A stretch of 63,963 nucleotides of DNA, counting the filler, from Octopus bimaculoides (lineage: Eukaryota), in the NCBI RefSeq assembly GCF_001194135.2. It is 7 parts of 7 records of this genome, joined end to end, with 100 filler letters (N's around TTAATTAATTAA, not from the genome) between each part and the next. Parts side by side here need not be neighbours in the genome. Positions count along the whole stretch, not along the records: positions 60,461 to 62,858 come from NC_068997.1; positions 62,959 to 63,963 come from NW_026408449.1; 5 more parts are not named here. One strand, 5' to 3'. The number at the start of each line of letters is the position of its first letter. Within the stretch, counting starts at the first letter, position 1. This document shows, one piece after another, positions 61,851 to 63,963 of this stretch. The position numbers and the translations under genes were made by a program. Under the pieces are notes generated by a model that was not told the DNA's origin, ran no database searches, and was given only the letters and a program-made list of their open reading frames with translations.

Positions 61851-62822
61851 AGCAGGATGCCAAATTAGAGGTGATTTTGTTGTCTTATTGAGACGGAGTG
61901 ATGGATTGATGGAATAATAGAGTGGTGGAGTGATTGTATAATAGAGTGATGAAGTTATATACTAATAGAGTGATGTAGGGATGAAGTGACTGATTGACGT
62001 AGTGATAGAATGGTGGAGTGATTCTATGGTAGATTGCTGGAGTTCTATAGTGATGGAGTGATTGAGTGATTGAGTGATATAATGAGGAATTAACCTAATG
62101 AGTCAGGAGTAATAAAGTGTCGGAGTAACTGAGAGGTCTCGTGATATACTGAAGTAGTGATAAAGTAACGGAGGGATGTAGGGATGATGCGGTGGTGTTG
62201 GAGTTGGGGTTGGGGTTAACACAGGCATAAAGGGATACAAGGAAATAGCACTGACTTGGAAATGGGCGTCGGAACATATTTCGTAACCTGAAAACTAAAC
62301 TGTTAGTGAAATCGGGACATCCTGCTCTAATTTCGAAATAAGATGTCAACTTATCAGAAGTGGTGCTTGTGTTGGTGGTGGTGTTGCTGGTGGTGTTAGT
62401 TTGGTGTTGGTGAGGTGGAATGTGATGATGGTGGAGCGGGTGCTGGCATTGTAAGAGAAGCAGTAATGGTGCTGACTTGGGTGATAAAGGTTATGTGGAG
62501 CTAATAGGGACGGTGAGGCTAACGATGAGGATGGTGTTGATGGTGGTAGTGAAGGGGATGATGTTAGATCTATTAATGGTGGTTACAGTGATGGTGAGGA
62601 TGACGGGGATGGTTAGAGTAGCTGCGGAACTAAGTTGGAGGTGAGTGTGCTAATGGTGGGGAAGGCGGAAGTGATGGCGAAACAGTGGTAATGATTGCAA
62701 AATTAATGCTGTAGTTGTTGTTCTGCCAGTTTTTGATGTAATTCTTGTTATTCTAAAAGATATATATTTTCAAATTCTTAGTTCGTTCTCTTTCCTACAT
62801 ATCTCTATACCTATCTTTCATT

Positions 62823-62858
<36 letters not shown>

Positions 62859-63963
62859 NNNNNNNNNNNNNNNNNNNNNNNNNNNNNNNNNNNNNNNNNN
62901 NNTTAATTAATTAANNNNNNNNNNNNNNNNNNNNNNNNNNNNNNNNNNNNNNNNNNNNACTAAAGAGTCCATTCGGGAGTGGAAACTTGCGGGGGAAAGG
63001 GAAGTTTTTCAATCCTGGTCCTCCGTCATCAATCTCATCAACGGGAGTAAATTGAAACGAAGAGCCTTCTTCAAGGATACAGCTCGTCGCTCGGCGAGGA
63101 ATCGAACACGCAATGTTATGATCGTAAAATTATACATTCTATAACTATTACTGTGAGGTGACAGGTACTTTATGATAAATCAATCGGTTTTATAATTGTT
63201 GATATTGTCATGCTTTGGACTGCATAGCCGCAGCCGAACCGCCGGTGCGATGGAAAGGCCTACGTGTCGGCTGCCTTACGAGCCACGCGGCCGGTAGCGT
63301 ACCCGTGAGTTGGCGATCGAAAGCGCTGTCGGTCGGGAGTGTGTGTGTCTGTGTGTGTGTCAAATGACTGAAACAAGTAAAAGAGTAAAGTGTATATTGT
63401 AAAAATTTCTTGATGATTAGAAAGGGTTTCACATCTGCAAAGGCGAAACTTAACTCAACAAAGCAAAGCTTTAAAAAGACATAAAGTCGAGAAATATTTG
63501 AGTTGATAGTTATTAAAATACTCGCGAGTTCGTACCAAAATATATCGACAATGGAAGCAGTAAAGATTTGATAAAAACTATAGTTCATTATAACGCTGTA
63601 TTTTTAAAGATCAAATACTATCTATAGCTAACGAACAAATACTTATAAATAAAGATCTTGAAATTTCAGACGATAATGCGAAGAAACGTTAAACTAAAGA
63701 GAATATTGTACGATTTAATCATTCGTTTCTTGTTTGCCTCAATGAATATATGTTTCATCTGTGTAAAGCCGCCATCTGTGGAACAAACACGATATCGTTA
63801 CAATGTCTGAGATAAGATCTTTTCTTTGATTTGTTGGGTTAAAAACACGATACATATATCGAATGAGGCGAACAACATCGTCACTGCGGTGACTCACGAA
63901 AACGACAAACGGATAAAATCGTCGCTGTAGGGACTCACAAGACTGAGAGGAGTATTTCTCCTT

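Overview
Eukaryotic, AT-rich, gap-ridden draft-assembly sequence. The tRNA-derived SINE families and extreme microsatellite load look like an Octopus (coleoid cephalopod) genome; this is inferred from repeat recognition, not a database search. The only host gene I can support is a minus-strand ODF2/cenexin-like centriolar coiled-coil gene. I reconstructed 17 coding exons by hand between 55632 and 34165, all with GT-AG borders and consistent phases, totalling 2202 nt = 733 aa plus stop. Its 5' end is unresolved. The rest is interspersed repeats: several SINE families, CR1-type and RTE LINE 3' fragments, a decayed Penelope-like RT, a decayed Chapaev-type DNA transposase, an intact 294-bp hAT MITE with a perfect 8-bp TSD and a Helentron-type (HINE/DINE-1-like) element, plus mini- and microsatellites. 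Most ORFs in the supplied track are microsatellite or N-gap artefacts. I found no CRISPR array, rRNA, bona fide tRNA or convincing new multi-gene system. The best leads are modest: no Polo-box docking motif in the ODF2 tail, a shared SINE/CR1 3' tail, inverted SINE pairs that could be ADAR substrates, and the unresolved ODF2 5' end. All repeat boundaries are approximate unless a TSD or TIR is quoted.
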